64,000 bases of DNA from an uncultured delta proteobacterium (GTDB taxonomy: Bacteria; Desulfobacterota; Desulfobacteria; Desulfobacterales; Desulfosalsimonadaceae). The notes beneath the pieces are model-generated. The model saw nothing but the letters and a program-made list of their open reading frames with translations. It was not told where the DNA came from and did no database searches. The stretch lies in NCBI GenBank assembly GCA_963826785.1, contig CAWGYD010000001.1, positions 96,001 to 160,000 of the forward strand, written 5' to 3'. The position numbers and the translations under genes were made by a program. Shown piece after piece: positions 1-11,700 of this stretch (its first letter is position 1; every line of letters starts with the position of its first letter).

Positions 1-4
1 ATTT

Positions 5-553
5 GTGGAAACCGTACGCAACTCTCCCGATTTTTTAAAAGAAGAATTTGCGCAAGAGTCCTATCAGACCAAGACCCGGGGAGAGCGGCATACGCCGCCG
101 GCCCGTCCGCTGGGGGAGGGGGTATACCGCATTGTGCGCCACAGCGGCCACACCCACCTGGTCTATGCCCTGGAACTGCCGGAATCGCCCGGCCCGGCCC
201 AGGAGGAGACCCGCATAGAAGATCAGGCCAGCTACATCATCAGCATCAAAAACCCGGAAAAAGGCTCCCCCGTGGCCACGGGTCTGTCAGAAGACAGGAA
301 AGCCGAGTACCCCAGGAAACTCCAGGAAAAATTCAGGGACCGGAGGTTCGCGGATGCCGATCCGCCCGAATTCCTGGATAAGGAGGGCACGCAATTCATC
401 CTGGCGTCCGCATCCGAAGACATCGAAGATGAGCTGGATATCAACATGCGTCCGGAAGATGAATCCATTGATCAGGCCGGCATTTTCAGCCAGCTCCATC
501 TGGACAGAAGCGAAAGGCCGACAAAACCCCTTTCCGAAGGAGACTGGGCCTGA
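5..553 (+). CDS. Hypothetical protein, probably 5'-truncated by the window edge
   Basis: 182-aa ORF with coding-like codon usage and a globular-looking sequence (ARPLGEGVYRIV..HTHLVYALELP). No function recognised. Confidence 0.7.
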   Translation: METVRNSPDFLKEEFAQESYQTKTRGERHTPPARPLGEGVYRIVRHSGHTHLVYALELPESPGPAQEETRIEDQASYIISIKNPEKGSPVATGLSEDRKAEYPRKLQEKFRDRRFADADPPEFLDKEGTQFILASASEDIEDELDINMRPEDESIDQAGIFSQLHLDRSERPTKPLSEGDWA

Positions 554-601
554 GCGCCCATCCGGATGGCAAAGACTTCCAATATCCGCATCATGCCCGA
601 A

Positions 602-2416
602 TCAAATCCTGCCTTCGGGTAAATCCGGTTCGTCCACCATGGCGATAAGGGTCTGTCCCGGGTGAGGGGTCATCTTCTTGTCGGTGGTGAAGATCAGCAG
701 GTTGTTTTTATCGGTGATGAGGGCCATGGGGATGGCCGACGCCCCGTAGTAATCTTTGAATGCCGCGTAATCGAACGCTTCAGTCAATGTCGTGGCCTTG
801 ATGACCGATCCGGATTGAAACCGGCGGGTCATGCCGGCATAATCGATGTCTTTTCCAAACAGATATCTTCCCCGCAGGTGCTGGGGGGAATAGAGCTGCT
901 CGTCATCGATTCCGCTTTTTGCCGGGGCCAGCTGATAGAGTTCTTCCCGGTCGAACATCTCGGAAAAGTGAAGAATGGCCAGCGAATTGAGTTCATCGTT
1001 GGGGGTGATGGCCATGAGGCGGCCGATGCCGTTGAGCTGCAGCCTCCCCGTGAGTTCCCGGGTCAGCCCCGGGTTGTAATAGACAGGGACCCCGGCCATT
1101 TTGGCATGAAAGATGTCCGGCCGGTAAGTGTCCGTCATCAGCACGTTGAAATTTTTCTCCTGCAGGATTTTGGCCAGTTCCACCGCCCAGGGGAGCGCGC
1201 CCAGGAACAAGACCCCCTGGGGATTGGACTGATCCAGCTTCAGCCAGCGGGCCATGGGAAGCGCGGTCAACCCATAGAAGATAACGGTTCCCATGATCAC
1301 GGTAAAGGTCAGGGGGACCAGGGCGCCTGCCTGGGGAAATCCGGCGGCATTGAGGCGCAGGGCAAAGATGGAAGAGACGGCGGCGGCAACGATCCCCCGG
1401 GGGGCCATCCAGGACAGAAACAGCTTCTCCCGCCAGGTGAGATCGGCGTTCATGGTGGAAACAAACACCGCCGTGGGCCGGGCCAGGAGGATGAGAATGC
1501 CCAGAAAAGCCAGGCTGTTGATGGAAAGCAGGAAAAACAGGTTGAGCTTGATGCGTGCGGACAAAATGATAAACAGCACGGATATGATCAGCAGACGCAG
1601 GTTCTCCTTGAATTCCATGATGTTCTTCACCGGCACCCAATTCTGATTGACCACCATGATCCCCATCAGGGTGGCGGCAAACAGGCCGGATTCCTCCTGG
1701 AAAAAATTCGAACCCATATAAGCGCCCAGCACCAGGGTCAAGGTGATGCTCTCGGTGAGGTATTCGGGAATCCAGAAATTCTTGAGCAGCAGGATCAGGA
1801 AGGCCGCAAACAGGCCGCCGAAAAGCGTGCCGAAAACAATGGTTTTGACCAGTCCCAGCAGCACCGTGGCGCCGGTGCTTTCCATCCCGCCGATGAGGAC
1901 GGCCTCGAACACCAGCACCGCCATGAGCGCGCCGATGGGATCGGTCACGATCCCTTCCCATTTTAAGATGTCGGTGACTTTCCCGATGGGCCGGATGAAG
2001 CGCAGCAGCGGACCGATGACGGTGGGGCCGGTCACCACCAGGATGGCCCCCAGGAGTACGGCCATCCGGGTATTGAGCCCGAACAGGTAGTGGGCCGAAA
2101 TGGCCGCAAAACCGCAGGTGATGAATACCCCCACCGTCACCATGAAAAAAATGATCCGACCGACCTCCTTGAGTTCGCTGACCCGCAGGGTCAGCCCGCC
2201 CTCGAACAGGATGATGGCCACGGAGAGGGAGACAAACGGGACCAGCAATTCCCCCATGAATTCATCCGGGTTGAGAAACCCGGTGACCGGTCCGGCGATG
2301 AAGCCGAAAAGGAGGAGAAAGACGATGGACGGCAGTTTCAGCCGCCAGGCAATCCACTGGGCGGCGATGCCGAGGAACAAGACGATGGTGATATCGGTGA
2401 TGATGTGCTCGGGCAT
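602..2416 (-). CDS. Cation:proton antiporter (CPA1/NhaP family) with C-terminal TrkA-N-like domain
   Basis: About 12 hydrophobic segments; ILFEGGL, VTGPTVIGPLL, WEGIVTDPIG and MAPRGIVAAAV motifs typical of NhaP-type antiporters. Confidence 0.9.
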   Translation of the reverse strand: MPEHIITDITIVLFLGIAAQWIAWRLKLPSIVFLLLFGFIAGPVTGFLNPDEFMGELLVPFVSLSVAIILFEGGLTLRVSELKEVGRIIFFMVTVGVFITCGFAAISAHYLFGLNTRMAVLLGAILVVTGPTVIGPLLRFIRPIGKVTDILKWEGIVTDPIGALMAVLVFEAVLIGGMESTGATVLLGLVKTIVFGTLFGGLFAAFLILLLKNFWIPEYLTESITLTLVLGAYMGSNFFQEESGLFAATLMGIMVVNQNWVPVKNIMEFKENLRLLIISVLFIILSARIKLNLFFLLSINSLAFLGILILLARPTAVFVSTMNADLTWREKLFLSWMAPRGIVAAAVSSIFALRLNAAGFPQAGALVPLTFTVIMGTVIFYGLTALPMARWLKLDQSNPQGVLFLGALPWAVELAKILQEKNFNVLMTDTYRPDIFHAKMAGVPVYYNPGLTRELTGRLQLNGIGRLMAITPNDELNSLAILHFSEMFDREELYQLAPAKSGIDDEQLYSPQHLRGRYLFGKDIDYAGMTRRFQSGSVIKATTLTEAFDYAAFKDYYGASAIPMALITDKNNLLIFTTDKKMTPHPGQTLIAMVDEPDLPEGRI

Positions 2417-2425
2417 GGCCTGTCG

Positions 2426-3163
2426 CTATGCAGCAGATCGGGTTCTGCGGATGGCCGCGATCAGTTGTTCTTTGTCGCCGCTTTTCCTGAGGTAATCCGT
2501 TGCGCCGGCTTGCTCGATGGCGGTGGCCTGATCGGCGGCATCGAACATGGACAATCCGATGACACGGATGCCGGGATGTTCTTTATGGATGATCCGCGTG
2601 GCCTCGATCCCGTTCATTTTCGGCATGCTGATATCCATCAGAATCACGTCCGGATCGAGTTTGCGGGCCATCTGTATGGCTTCTTCTCCATCCGAGGCCT
2701 CGCCGGTGATGGCGATATCGGGATAATCCGAGAGGAGTTCGGAAAGCCCCTGGCGCATGACCGCATGATCATCCACCAGCATCACCCGGATACGGCAGTC
2801 GTTTGATTGCATTCCGGGCCTTTCACATTCCTTTCCGAAATTCCCGGCGGATGAAGCGTTTTCGCCGGCCGGAAGGGCCGTTGATTTTTCCGGGGCCATC
2901 AAATCCAGAACATCGAGTGATTCCGTGAGAAGGTCCACGGCCGTATCCAGCGTCGGCAAAATGTCTGCATCGCTTTTGCCCTTCAATAGATTCAAATCAT
3001 CCCTGGTACGCACCAGCAAATGCAAAAGACGTTCATGCAGAACCTGTACCCGGCGTTTTGGTTCCATGATCATTTCCGAATACAGCCGGACGCGCGGCTG
3101 CCGCGTGCCCTGCAGTTGCTGTTGGCGGCGAGGGCAGTCAAATTTGCAATCATTGTCATTCAC
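2426..3163 (-). CDS. Response regulator receiver protein (NarL-type REC, no DNA-binding domain); start uncertain, possibly 2812
   Basis: [33 protein letters not shown] and YLRK receiver motifs in the C-terminal ~125 aa. Confidence 0.8.
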   Translation of the reverse strand: MNDNDCKFDCPRRQQQLQGTRQPRVRLYSEMIMEPKRRVQVLHERLLHLLVRTRDDLNLLKGKSDADILPTLDTAVDLLTESLDVLDLMAPEKSTALPAGENASSAGNFGKECERPGMQSNDCRIRVMLVDDHAVMRQGLSELLSDYPDIAITGEASDGEEAIQMARKLDPDVILMDISMPKMNGIEATRIIHKEHPGIRVIGLSMFDAADQATAIEQAGATDYLRKSGDKEQLIAAIRRTRSAA

Positions 3164-3310
3164 CTTTCAAAAATGAATTAAAATATAAGTACAACCCCAT
3201 ATTTGGCAAACTTTCGCCCAATGATCGAGGAAAATGCGTTTTATCGGTTCACGTCACATCCTTTTAACATTTCGGCACAACAGGCATGAAACTGTTTTTA
3301 TGCCCTGATC

Positions 3311-3775
3311 TCAACTGCCGGGTTTTTTCGGGGTGACATACATGGTGATTTTTGCGCGGAACACGGTCTCGCCGGAAGGGTTTTTGACCTCTACGGGTAC
3401 GATGACATCGCCGGGGGTGATCCGGTCCGCCGGAATTTCGGAGGTGCCGGTCAGCGTGCCTTTGGCTTTTTTCAGGTATTCCACCGTCATTTTACGGGGG
3501 ATCCACCGCAGATTGACCGGCGTGGCCGCTTCCAGGGCCAGGCCACCGGCAAGCTCGGCCATGTTGCACATGACGATGGCATGCACCGTGTTGAGATGGT
3601 TGCGCACCCGTTTCCGGTCTTTGACGACCACGCTGCATCTGCCGGGGGAAAGGTGGGTAATCAGCGGCCGGATGGTTTTGAAATAGGGCGCCTTTGCCGC
3701 CACCAGGCGTGAAAAAACCTGCCTGCCCAGGGGCCATGCCGACAGCCGCTGATAGATACTGAGCGTTTTGCTCAT
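3311..3775 (-). CDS. Hotdog-fold thioesterase (PaaI/DUF4442-like)
   Basis: KAPYFKTI..RNHLNTVHAIVMCNMAELAGG..WIPRKMTVEYLKKAKG pattern. Confidence 0.85.
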   Translation of the reverse strand: MSKTLSIYQRLSAWPLGRQVFSRLVAAKAPYFKTIRPLITHLSPGRCSVVVKDRKRVRNHLNTVHAIVMCNMAELAGGLALEAATPVNLRWIPRKMTVEYLKKAKGTLTGTSEIPADRITPGDVIVPVEVKNPSGETVFRAKITMYVTPKKPGS

Positions 3776-3926
3776 CCGCTTCCTCCCCGCCCGGCCACCG
3801 GACGTTTGTCAATTTATCGTTTTGCTGCTATAGACGAGATGTCTGTCACGGTTGACATATCTGAAGTTATTCTAATATCCTATTTGATATGATTTCAAGA
3901 ATTTTAAACACAAGTGAGGAGAAAAC

Positions 3927-4832
3927 GTGATGCAAATCGACGATATCGGACAGGTGCTGATCATCGGGTCGGGAAACATGGGGCAGCAGATCGGGTTTCA
4001 GTGCGCCGTAAGCGGATATTCGGTGGTGCTCTATGATGTGGGCCAGGTGCAACTCGATCTGGCCATGGGGCGCCTGGGAAAACTGGCCCGAAATTTCATG
4101 GCCGCCGGCAGGCTCACCGAATCCGAAGCCGCCGCCGCCCTAAAACGGATCCGGGCCACCCCATCGGCCCAGGAGGCCGGCGCCAATGCCGATTTTGTAA
4201 GCGAATCGGTTCCCGAAGACCCGGTGCTCAAAGGGAAAGTGTTTGCCCGATTCAACGCCATCTGCCCTGCGCATACCATTTTCACCACCAACACCTCATC
4301 CCTGATCCCCTCCATGTTCGCCGAGGCCACCGGACGTCCCGACCGGTTTGCGGCGTTTCACTTCCACGATGTCCGGGTGACCCACATCGTAGACATCATG
4401 CCCCATCCCGGCACATCGGAACAGACCGTCCGACTCATCGCCGAATTCGCCCGATCGATCGGCCAGGAAGCCATCGTTCTCAAAAAAGAGAATTTCGGAT
4501 ATGTATTCAATGCCATGCTCATGGAACTGCTCCGCTCGGCCCAGTCCCTGGCCGCAAACCAGGTGGCCAGTGTCGAGGATATCGACCGGTCGTTCATGGG
4601 GGTGATGCACACCCTGATGGGGCCCTTCGGCATCATGGACAGCATCGGCATCGATACGGTCTACAAGGTCACCCGCTACTGGGCGGACGAGTTAAAGGAC
4701 CCCCAGGCCATCGCCAATGCCGATTTCCTGAAGCAGTATGTGGACCGTGGTGATCTGGGCGCCAAAACCGGGAAAGGATTCTATTCGTATCCGGACCCGG
4801 ATTTCGGCAAACCCGGATTTATCCGGAAATGA
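3927..4832 (+). CDS. 3-hydroxyacyl-CoA dehydrogenase family protein
   Basis: Rossmann motif GSGNMGQQIG; ESVPE, TNTSS, GPFGIMDSIG and GAKTGKGFY motifs; RBS GAGGAG upstream. Confidence 0.92.
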   Translation: MMQIDDIGQVLIIGSGNMGQQIGFQCAVSGYSVVLYDVGQVQLDLAMGRLGKLARNFMAAGRLTESEAAAALKRIRATPSAQEAGANADFVSESVPEDPVLKGKVFARFNAICPAHTIFTTNTSSLIPSMFAEATGRPDRFAAFHFHDVRVTHIVDIMPHPGTSEQTVRLIAEFARSIGQEAIVLKKENFGYVFNAMLMELLRSAQSLAANQVASVEDIDRSFMGVMHTLMGPFGIMDSIGIDTVYKVTRYWADELKDPQAIANADFLKQYVDRGDLGAKTGKGFYSYPDPDFGKPGFIRK

Positions 4833-4970
4833 GAATACGGCGGCCATGGCGGTGATATCTCCTCCTGGCGCTTGACTTCTGACGCCAGATGATTTCCTTC
4901 TGATTTGAAACTATTTTAAACGTTCCTATTTTATAACCCAAGAAGCATCGGAAACATTTAAAACCCGATC

Positions 4971-7900
4971 ATGAAAATGATCGGGTTTTCTCATTCGGGG
5001 AGGAACGCCATGGTCCGGAGCGGGTTGCCTGTCGAACACATCCAGGAGGTTCTCGAGGAAATCAACAGCATCATCATCGGCCTCGATGCCGAAGGGCGGA
5101 TCACATTCTTGAACCGGTTCAGCGAAGATCTGTTCGGCTATTCCAGGGATGAAGCGCTTGGAAAACCCCTGGTGGGAACCTTCCTTCCGGAAAAGGAAAG
5201 TTCGGGCAAAGACAATTCCGGGCTGGTTCAAAGCATCATCCAATTTCCCGCCAAACACTACATCAATGAATCCGAGGGCATCAGAAAAAACGGGGAACGG
5301 GTCTGGATTTCCTGGAGCGCCCGGCTGGTTCTGGATGAACAGGGAAATGCGGCAGAAATCTTCATCGACGGAAATGATGTGACGCAGCAGCATCAACAGG
5401 GACTCAAGGCCCGGGAAGCCTACGAAATGATCAATCAGTCACCGGACCTGGTGATCCGACTGGATGCGAAACGAAGATACCTGTTTGTCAACCGCGCCTT
5501 TTCAGAAACCGCCGGTGTGCCGCCGGAAGACATTCTGGGCAAACGCGGGGAGGTCCACCTGCCGAAGCAAACGGTCAAATTCATCACAGAAGCACTGGAT
5601 CGCGCAGCAGAAGCGCATGACGAGATCACCGCCGAGATCCCCTATGGTGAGCGCTGGTTTTTGTCCACGGTCAAACCGGTGTTCGGGGAAAACGAACGCA
5701 TTGAATCGTTCATGATTTTTGCAAAGGATATTACCCGGCGGCGGCATGCCGCAGAAAGCGCACTGAAAGCCCAGCAGCAGGCGACTGAAAGCGAAGCCCG
5801 TTTCCGCACGGTCCTGGAAAATTCCCTGGATGCGGCTTACCGCCGGGACCTGCGCACCGATGCCTATGACTACCTCAGCCCGGTGATCGAAAAGATCACC
5901 GGGTACAGTGTCGATGAATTTGCGAGTATGGATACGGATGCCATCATGTCCGTCATCCATCCCGACGACCAAAGCCGGGTGAACGGGAGCATGGCCGCCG
6001 CGCTGGATTCCGAGAGCGGCTCCGGGCGGATCGTTTACCGGCTGAAGGGAAAAGACGGGTCTTATCGCTGGCTGTCGGACAACATGATCGTGGTCAAAGA
6101 TGAGACCGGCACCCCGGTCTACCGTGTGGGAAATGTGCGCGACGTCACGCAATCCATGCAGCTGCAGGAAGAGTTGCAGAATTCCAAGGAAACGGCCGAA
6201 AAACGGGCACGGGAAGCCGAAGAGGGGGAGCAGATACTGGAGGCTATCCTGGAGCATGTCCCCGAAGGGCTTTCCATTGTGGATGCCCAGAGCCGGAAGG
6301 TATTGACGGTCAGCCGATATCTGGCGCAATTTGTCGGAAAAGAGCGGGGGGATTTTGAAGGCATTCCCCTTGCGCAGTACCTGGAAACCTTCAACGCCGC
6401 CCGCATCGACGGCACGCCCATCGAGGCGGACGAGGCGCCCATGTGGCGCTCCATTTACCTGGGGGAAACGGTGGTCAACGAACAGTACCTGCTCAGCACC
6501 CACAGCGGGGAGCAAATCAGCGTCCTGGTCAATACCGCCCCGATCCTGGACCGCGGCGGAAGGATTGTGGGCGGGATCGCCACCTGGCGAAATGTCGAAC
6601 CCCTGATTCAGGCGGAAAAGGAATTGAAAGTCTCCCGGGATGCCGCCGAAGAAGCCGCCCGTCTGGCCGAGGATCAGCAGCGAATTTTAGAAGCCATCCT
6701 GGTCAGCATCCCCGAAGCGATTATCGTCCTGGAAGCCCCCGAAGGCCGCCTGCGGCTGGCCAGCCGGTATTATACGGAATTCGTGGGGGTCGCCCCTGAA
6801 AAGCTTCTGGAATCCTCCATGTCGGAAAGAATCGGCGGCGTGCTGTCCGGGTTTTCCGGTTACCGCAACGGATCCGAATCCGAAAAATATCCGGCGGCCC
6901 GGGCGCTGGCGGGTGAAACGATCATGGATGAGGAATGGCATGTGAAGAAACCGGACGGGAGCACCGCGGTGATATCGATTGCGGCAGCCCCGGTCCGGGA
7001 TGCTACGGGTTTGATCACCCACGCGGTGGTGGGCTGGCGGGACATCACGGTATCCAAGGAGATGGAAACGGTCCTCCGTCGCAGCGAGCACGAATTAAAA
7101 ACGCTGGTGGAAAGCTCCCCGGACATCATCATCCGCATGGACCGGGGCATGCGCTACATCTTTGCCAACGCCACCTATGAGCGGATCGCGGGAGTTTCGC
7201 GGGAAAGCCTGAAGGGAAAGACCAACCAGTCGCTGGGGATGCCCGAGGAGCAGTCCCGGCAGTGGGAGGAAACCATGCGCAAGGTCATCCGCACGGGCCG
7301 GGAAACCAATATCGAGTTTTCTTTTTCCGGTCTGTTCGGCACCCGTTTTTTCTGGGGGCGGATCATTCCCGAATTTGACAAGAACGGCATGGTGGAATCG
7401 GTGATGATGGTGGCCCGGGACATCACCGAGCGCAAGCGGGCCGAGGCCCACATCCGGTATGTCAGCTTCCATGACAATGTCACCGGTCTGTACAACCGGG
7501 CCTACTTCGAAGAAGAGGTCAACCGCTTAGACACCGTGCGCTCCCTGCCGGTAAGCTTCATCATGGGCGACGTGAACAACCTGAAGCTGGTCAATGATGC
7601 CTTCGGTCACAACGAAGGCGATATCCTGCTCAAGGCCATCGCCGATATCCTGAGGGAAGCCTGCCGGGAAAGCGATATCATCGCCCGGTGGGGGGAGACG
7701 AGTTTGCCGTCATCCTGCCCCATACGGATCTGGCCACCACCCGGGAAGTGATGAACCGGATCCGGGCCGTGTCACAGCAGCGTGCCGGCACGGCGGTTCC
7801 GGCCAGCATTTCCCTGGGCGTTGCGGTAAAGTCCAGCGACAGGGAAAACATTTATCATATCATCCGGATGGCCGAAGCGGAAATGTACGATGACAAACTG

Positions 7901-8470
7901 CTCCGGAGCCGGGAGAATCATGAGCGGGTCATCGCCGCACTTCTGGCGAGGGTTCATGAAAGCCGGCCGGATCTTGCGCATCACACCCGGCGGGCACAGG
8001 CCCATGTCCGGACCTTCGGGGCCGCCATGGGTTTAAGTGATTCCCAGATGGAAAACATGGAACTGATGGCGCGCCTTCACGATATTGGTAAAGCAGTGAT
8101 CCCCAAAGAGGTGATCCAGAAGCAGGGACGGTTGAATGACCAGGAGTGGCAGATCATGAAACGCCATCCCGAGGCCGGCTACCGGATCGTCAAAACCTTT
8201 GCTGAAACCGCCCGGATTTCAGATGATATACTGGCCATCCGGGAGCGGTGGGATGGCACCGGATACCCCCGGGGTCTGAAAAAAGAGAAAATCCCCTACC
8301 TGGCCCGGATGTTTTCCATCATCGACGTATTTGACGCCATGACCCATGAACGGCCCTATGGGCGGGTGTACACCGCAAAGGAAGCCGCCGTGCAGATCCG
8401 GGAGAATGCGGGCGCGCAGTTCGATCCAAAGCTTGCGGAAGCCTTTGTCCGGACCATTCTGACGGAATAA
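4971..8470 (+). CDS. Multi-PAS diguanylate cyclase/HD-GYP protein, split by a 1-nt deletion in a G run at about 7690 (ORFs 4971-7751 and 7688-8470)
   Basis: Several PAS/PAC repeats, HDNVTGLYNR, then RW|GGDEF across the frameshift (6 G present, 7 needed), then LHDIGK and WDGTGYP. The neighbouring paralogue is continuous across this point. Confidence 0.88.
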
Positions 8471-8738
8471 ACGCCAGAAGCGGATATGCCTTATCCATAT
8501 CGCATCCGCCTTTTTCGTTCGGGCACAAGTTATCACCCGCCGATGAACCAGCCAAAAAAAATCGATCAAGAAAGACTTTTTCATTATTTAAGTAAATCAA
8601 TCACGTACTGCTTTTAAAATCGTTTTTGTATCCATCCCTGTTTGCCCTTGTTCGCCAGCGACTCTATATTTAGAGTTGGCGGACATCCTCTGATGCCCTC
8701 ACCAGCCAGCTTCCAAACCGGTGCAGGATCGACGTTAA

Positions 8739-11700
8739 ATGAACATCAACGATATTCATGATGCGCGGGCTCATATCGAAGCCGTGTTCGAAACCGTGCG
8801 TGATCCGCTGCTGATCATAGGGGAACAGTTTCGGGCAATCTATGCGAATCCGGCTTTTTACGGCAAATTCAGGTTATCGGAAACCGAGGCGAAGAATCAG
8901 CCGGTTTTCGAACTGGCCGGCGGCGTATTCGATGCGGACGCTCTGCAAGCGGCGCTTTCGACAATCGCCGCCGGGAAAACCGATGTTTTCGAATTGAATC
9001 TCAAAGCCCGGCTATTGAAGGAAGGAGACCGGATACTGCGGATCAGCGGCCGGCGGATCGGAGAAGAAAACGGCAACGGATTGCGCATCCTCCTGTCGAT
9101 ACAGGATGACACCGAACAGGTGATGAACCGGCGGGCGCTCGACTTGATCGATCGATCGCCCAATTTGGTCATCCACCTCGATCCGGACCGGACTTACCGG
9201 TTTGTCAATGCGGCATTTGCCCGGCTGGCGGGAATGGAAGCGGAGCAGATCCGGGGCAAACGGCTGGGGGAAATCCGGTTTCCCGAGCGCCTGACGCAGT
9301 ATGTCAATCAGGCACTGGATGAAGTGGAGCGGGAAGGGGCGGAGAAAACGTTTGAAATCCCTTTCGAAGGCCGAATTCACATGTCCGCCGTGGTCCCGGT
9401 GCGCGAGGCATCCGGCGCATTCTCGTTTATGATTTATACCGTCGATATTACCGAGCTTCGGAAAACCCAGAAGATGCTCGAAGAAAAACAGCAGCGTCTG
9501 GCCGAAAGCGAAAGCCGGTTCCGGCGCGTGCTCGAAGATTCACAGGATATCGCCTACCGCATCGATCTGACCACCAGAGGCGTCGACTATGTGAGCCCGA
9601 TCATACAGGCGATGGTCGGTTATTCGGGTGAGGATTTGAACCGCACCGGCATGAAAATCCTGCGCGAGGGCATCCACCCTGAAGATTGGAAGCGCCTGAA
9701 TGCGGAATTTTCAGAATTAATGGCCTCCGACAGGTCATCGGGAATTGCTGAATTCCGGTTCAAGGGAAAAGATACCGATTATTTCTGGTTTGCCGATAAA
9801 TTCTCGGTGATACGGGATGATAAAGGCGTTCCCCGTTACCGGGTGGGGATGGTGCGGGATGTGACCACCGACAAGAAGATGGAAGAAATTGTCCGGGTAT
9901 CCCTGGATACAGCCGAAAAAAGAGCGTTGGAGGCCGAGGAAGGGCGGCGGATCCTGGAGGCCATCCTGGAAAATGTACCCGAGGGACTCATTATCGCCGA
10001 TGCCGAAAAAAATCAGGTGCGGCTGGTCAGCCGCTATCTGGCGGAGTTTTCGGGCATGTCCCGGACCGATTTCGAGAACAAACCCCTTTCCGACTATGCA
10101 GAAAAAATCAAAATCATGAAAATGAACGGGGAGCCCATCGCTTTTGAGGAAATGCCCCTGTGGCGATCTTTGAATGTAGGAGACCGGGTGGAGAGCGAAA
10201 ACTACCTGATGACCAGCCCGGACGGAAATATCATCCCGGTGCTGGTGAATACCGCTCCCATTCGCGATGGCGAGGGGAGGATCATTGGCGGGGTCGCGGC
10301 CTGGCGGAATATCGAGCATCTCATCGAGGTGGAGGAGGAATTGCGGTCTTCAAGGGATACGGCCCGGGAAGCCGCTCGAAGGGCAGAGGAGCAGCGGCGG
10401 ATTCTCGAAGCCATCATCGCCAGCATTCCCGAGGGATTTATGATCTCCAAGGCACCGGATGGGATACTCCAGCTGGTGAGCACCTATTTCGAGAATTTTA
10501 TCGGAATTCCGGTAAAGCAGATGATGCAGATGAACATTGCGGAAAGATTCGCCAGTCTGGGTGAATTTCACCGGTATGATGACGGAGCGGATTCATTTGA
10601 AGATTATCCCGGCCTTCGGGCACTGAAATACGGCGAAGTGGTCATCAATGAGGAATGGAGCCTTCTCAAGCCGGACAAAACCCGGGCAGTCATATCGGTG
10701 ATCGCGGCTCCCGTGAGGGACCCCGAGGGGGAAATCACCCATTCCGTGGTCAGCTGGCGGGATGTCACCGAAAGCAAGAACATGGAAGCCAGCCTGCGCC
10801 GCAACCAGTATGAACTCCAGACCCTGGTGGAAAGCTCGCCCGACATCATCATGCGCCTGGACCGGGAACTCCGCTATATCTTCGTGAACACGGCCTATGA
10901 GCAGATCACCGGGTTGACCCGGGAACAGTTCATCGGCAGAAACAACCAGGAACTGGGCATGCCCGAAGCGCATTCCCGGCAGTGGGAGGAGGCGACCCGG
11001 AAGGTGGTCTCCTCCGGCCGGGAAGCCAGCATTGAATTCAGTTTTTCGGGATTGTTCGGAAACCGTCATTTCTGGGCGCGGATCATTCCCGAATTCGACA
11101 AGGGGGGGCTGGTGGAATCGGTGATGATGGTGGCCCGGGATATCACCGAACGCAAGCGGGCCGAAGCCCACATCCGGTTTGTCAGCTTCCACGACAGTGT
11201 CACCGGCCTGTACAACCGGGCCTATTTTGAAGAGGAGATCGCGCGGCTCGACACCAACAGGTCTCTTCCGCTGGGCTTTATCGTGGGCGATGTGAATCAC
11301 ATGAAGCTGATCAATGATATATTCGGGCACAGCGAGGGTGACCGTCTGCTGATGGCCATTGCCGATATCTTCCGGGAGGCCTGCCGGGAAAGCGATATCA
11401 TTGCCCGCTGGGGCGGGGATGAATTCGCGGTCATCCTGCCAAAAACGGATATCGCCACGACGCGGGGGATCTGTGACCGCATTCAGACGCTGCTCAAACA
11501 GCACAAGGGGGCCGTCATCCGGCCGGGCATCTCGCTGGGCACGGCGGCAAAGACGGATGCCGGGGAAAAGATCCAGCGGGTCATCCGCCTGGCCGAAGAA
11601 TCCATGTATGACGGCAAGCTGATCGAAAGCCGCAATAACCAGGAACTGGTGCTCTCCTCGCTGATGTCGAAACTGGATGCCAAATGTCCGGAACTGGGGC

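Noticed and set aside
662..2806. Long antisense or alternate-frame ORFs (e.g. 662-1966, 28311-29510, 52477-53670)
   Set aside because: Shadow ORFs expected in GC-rich coding DNA. They have no recognisable motifs and lie over well-supported genes.
8470..8738. c-di-GMP riboswitch between the two diguanylate cyclase genes
   Set aside because: Hairpins are present (about 8480-8515 and 8649-8685), but I could not find the conserved GEMM-I or class II motifs.
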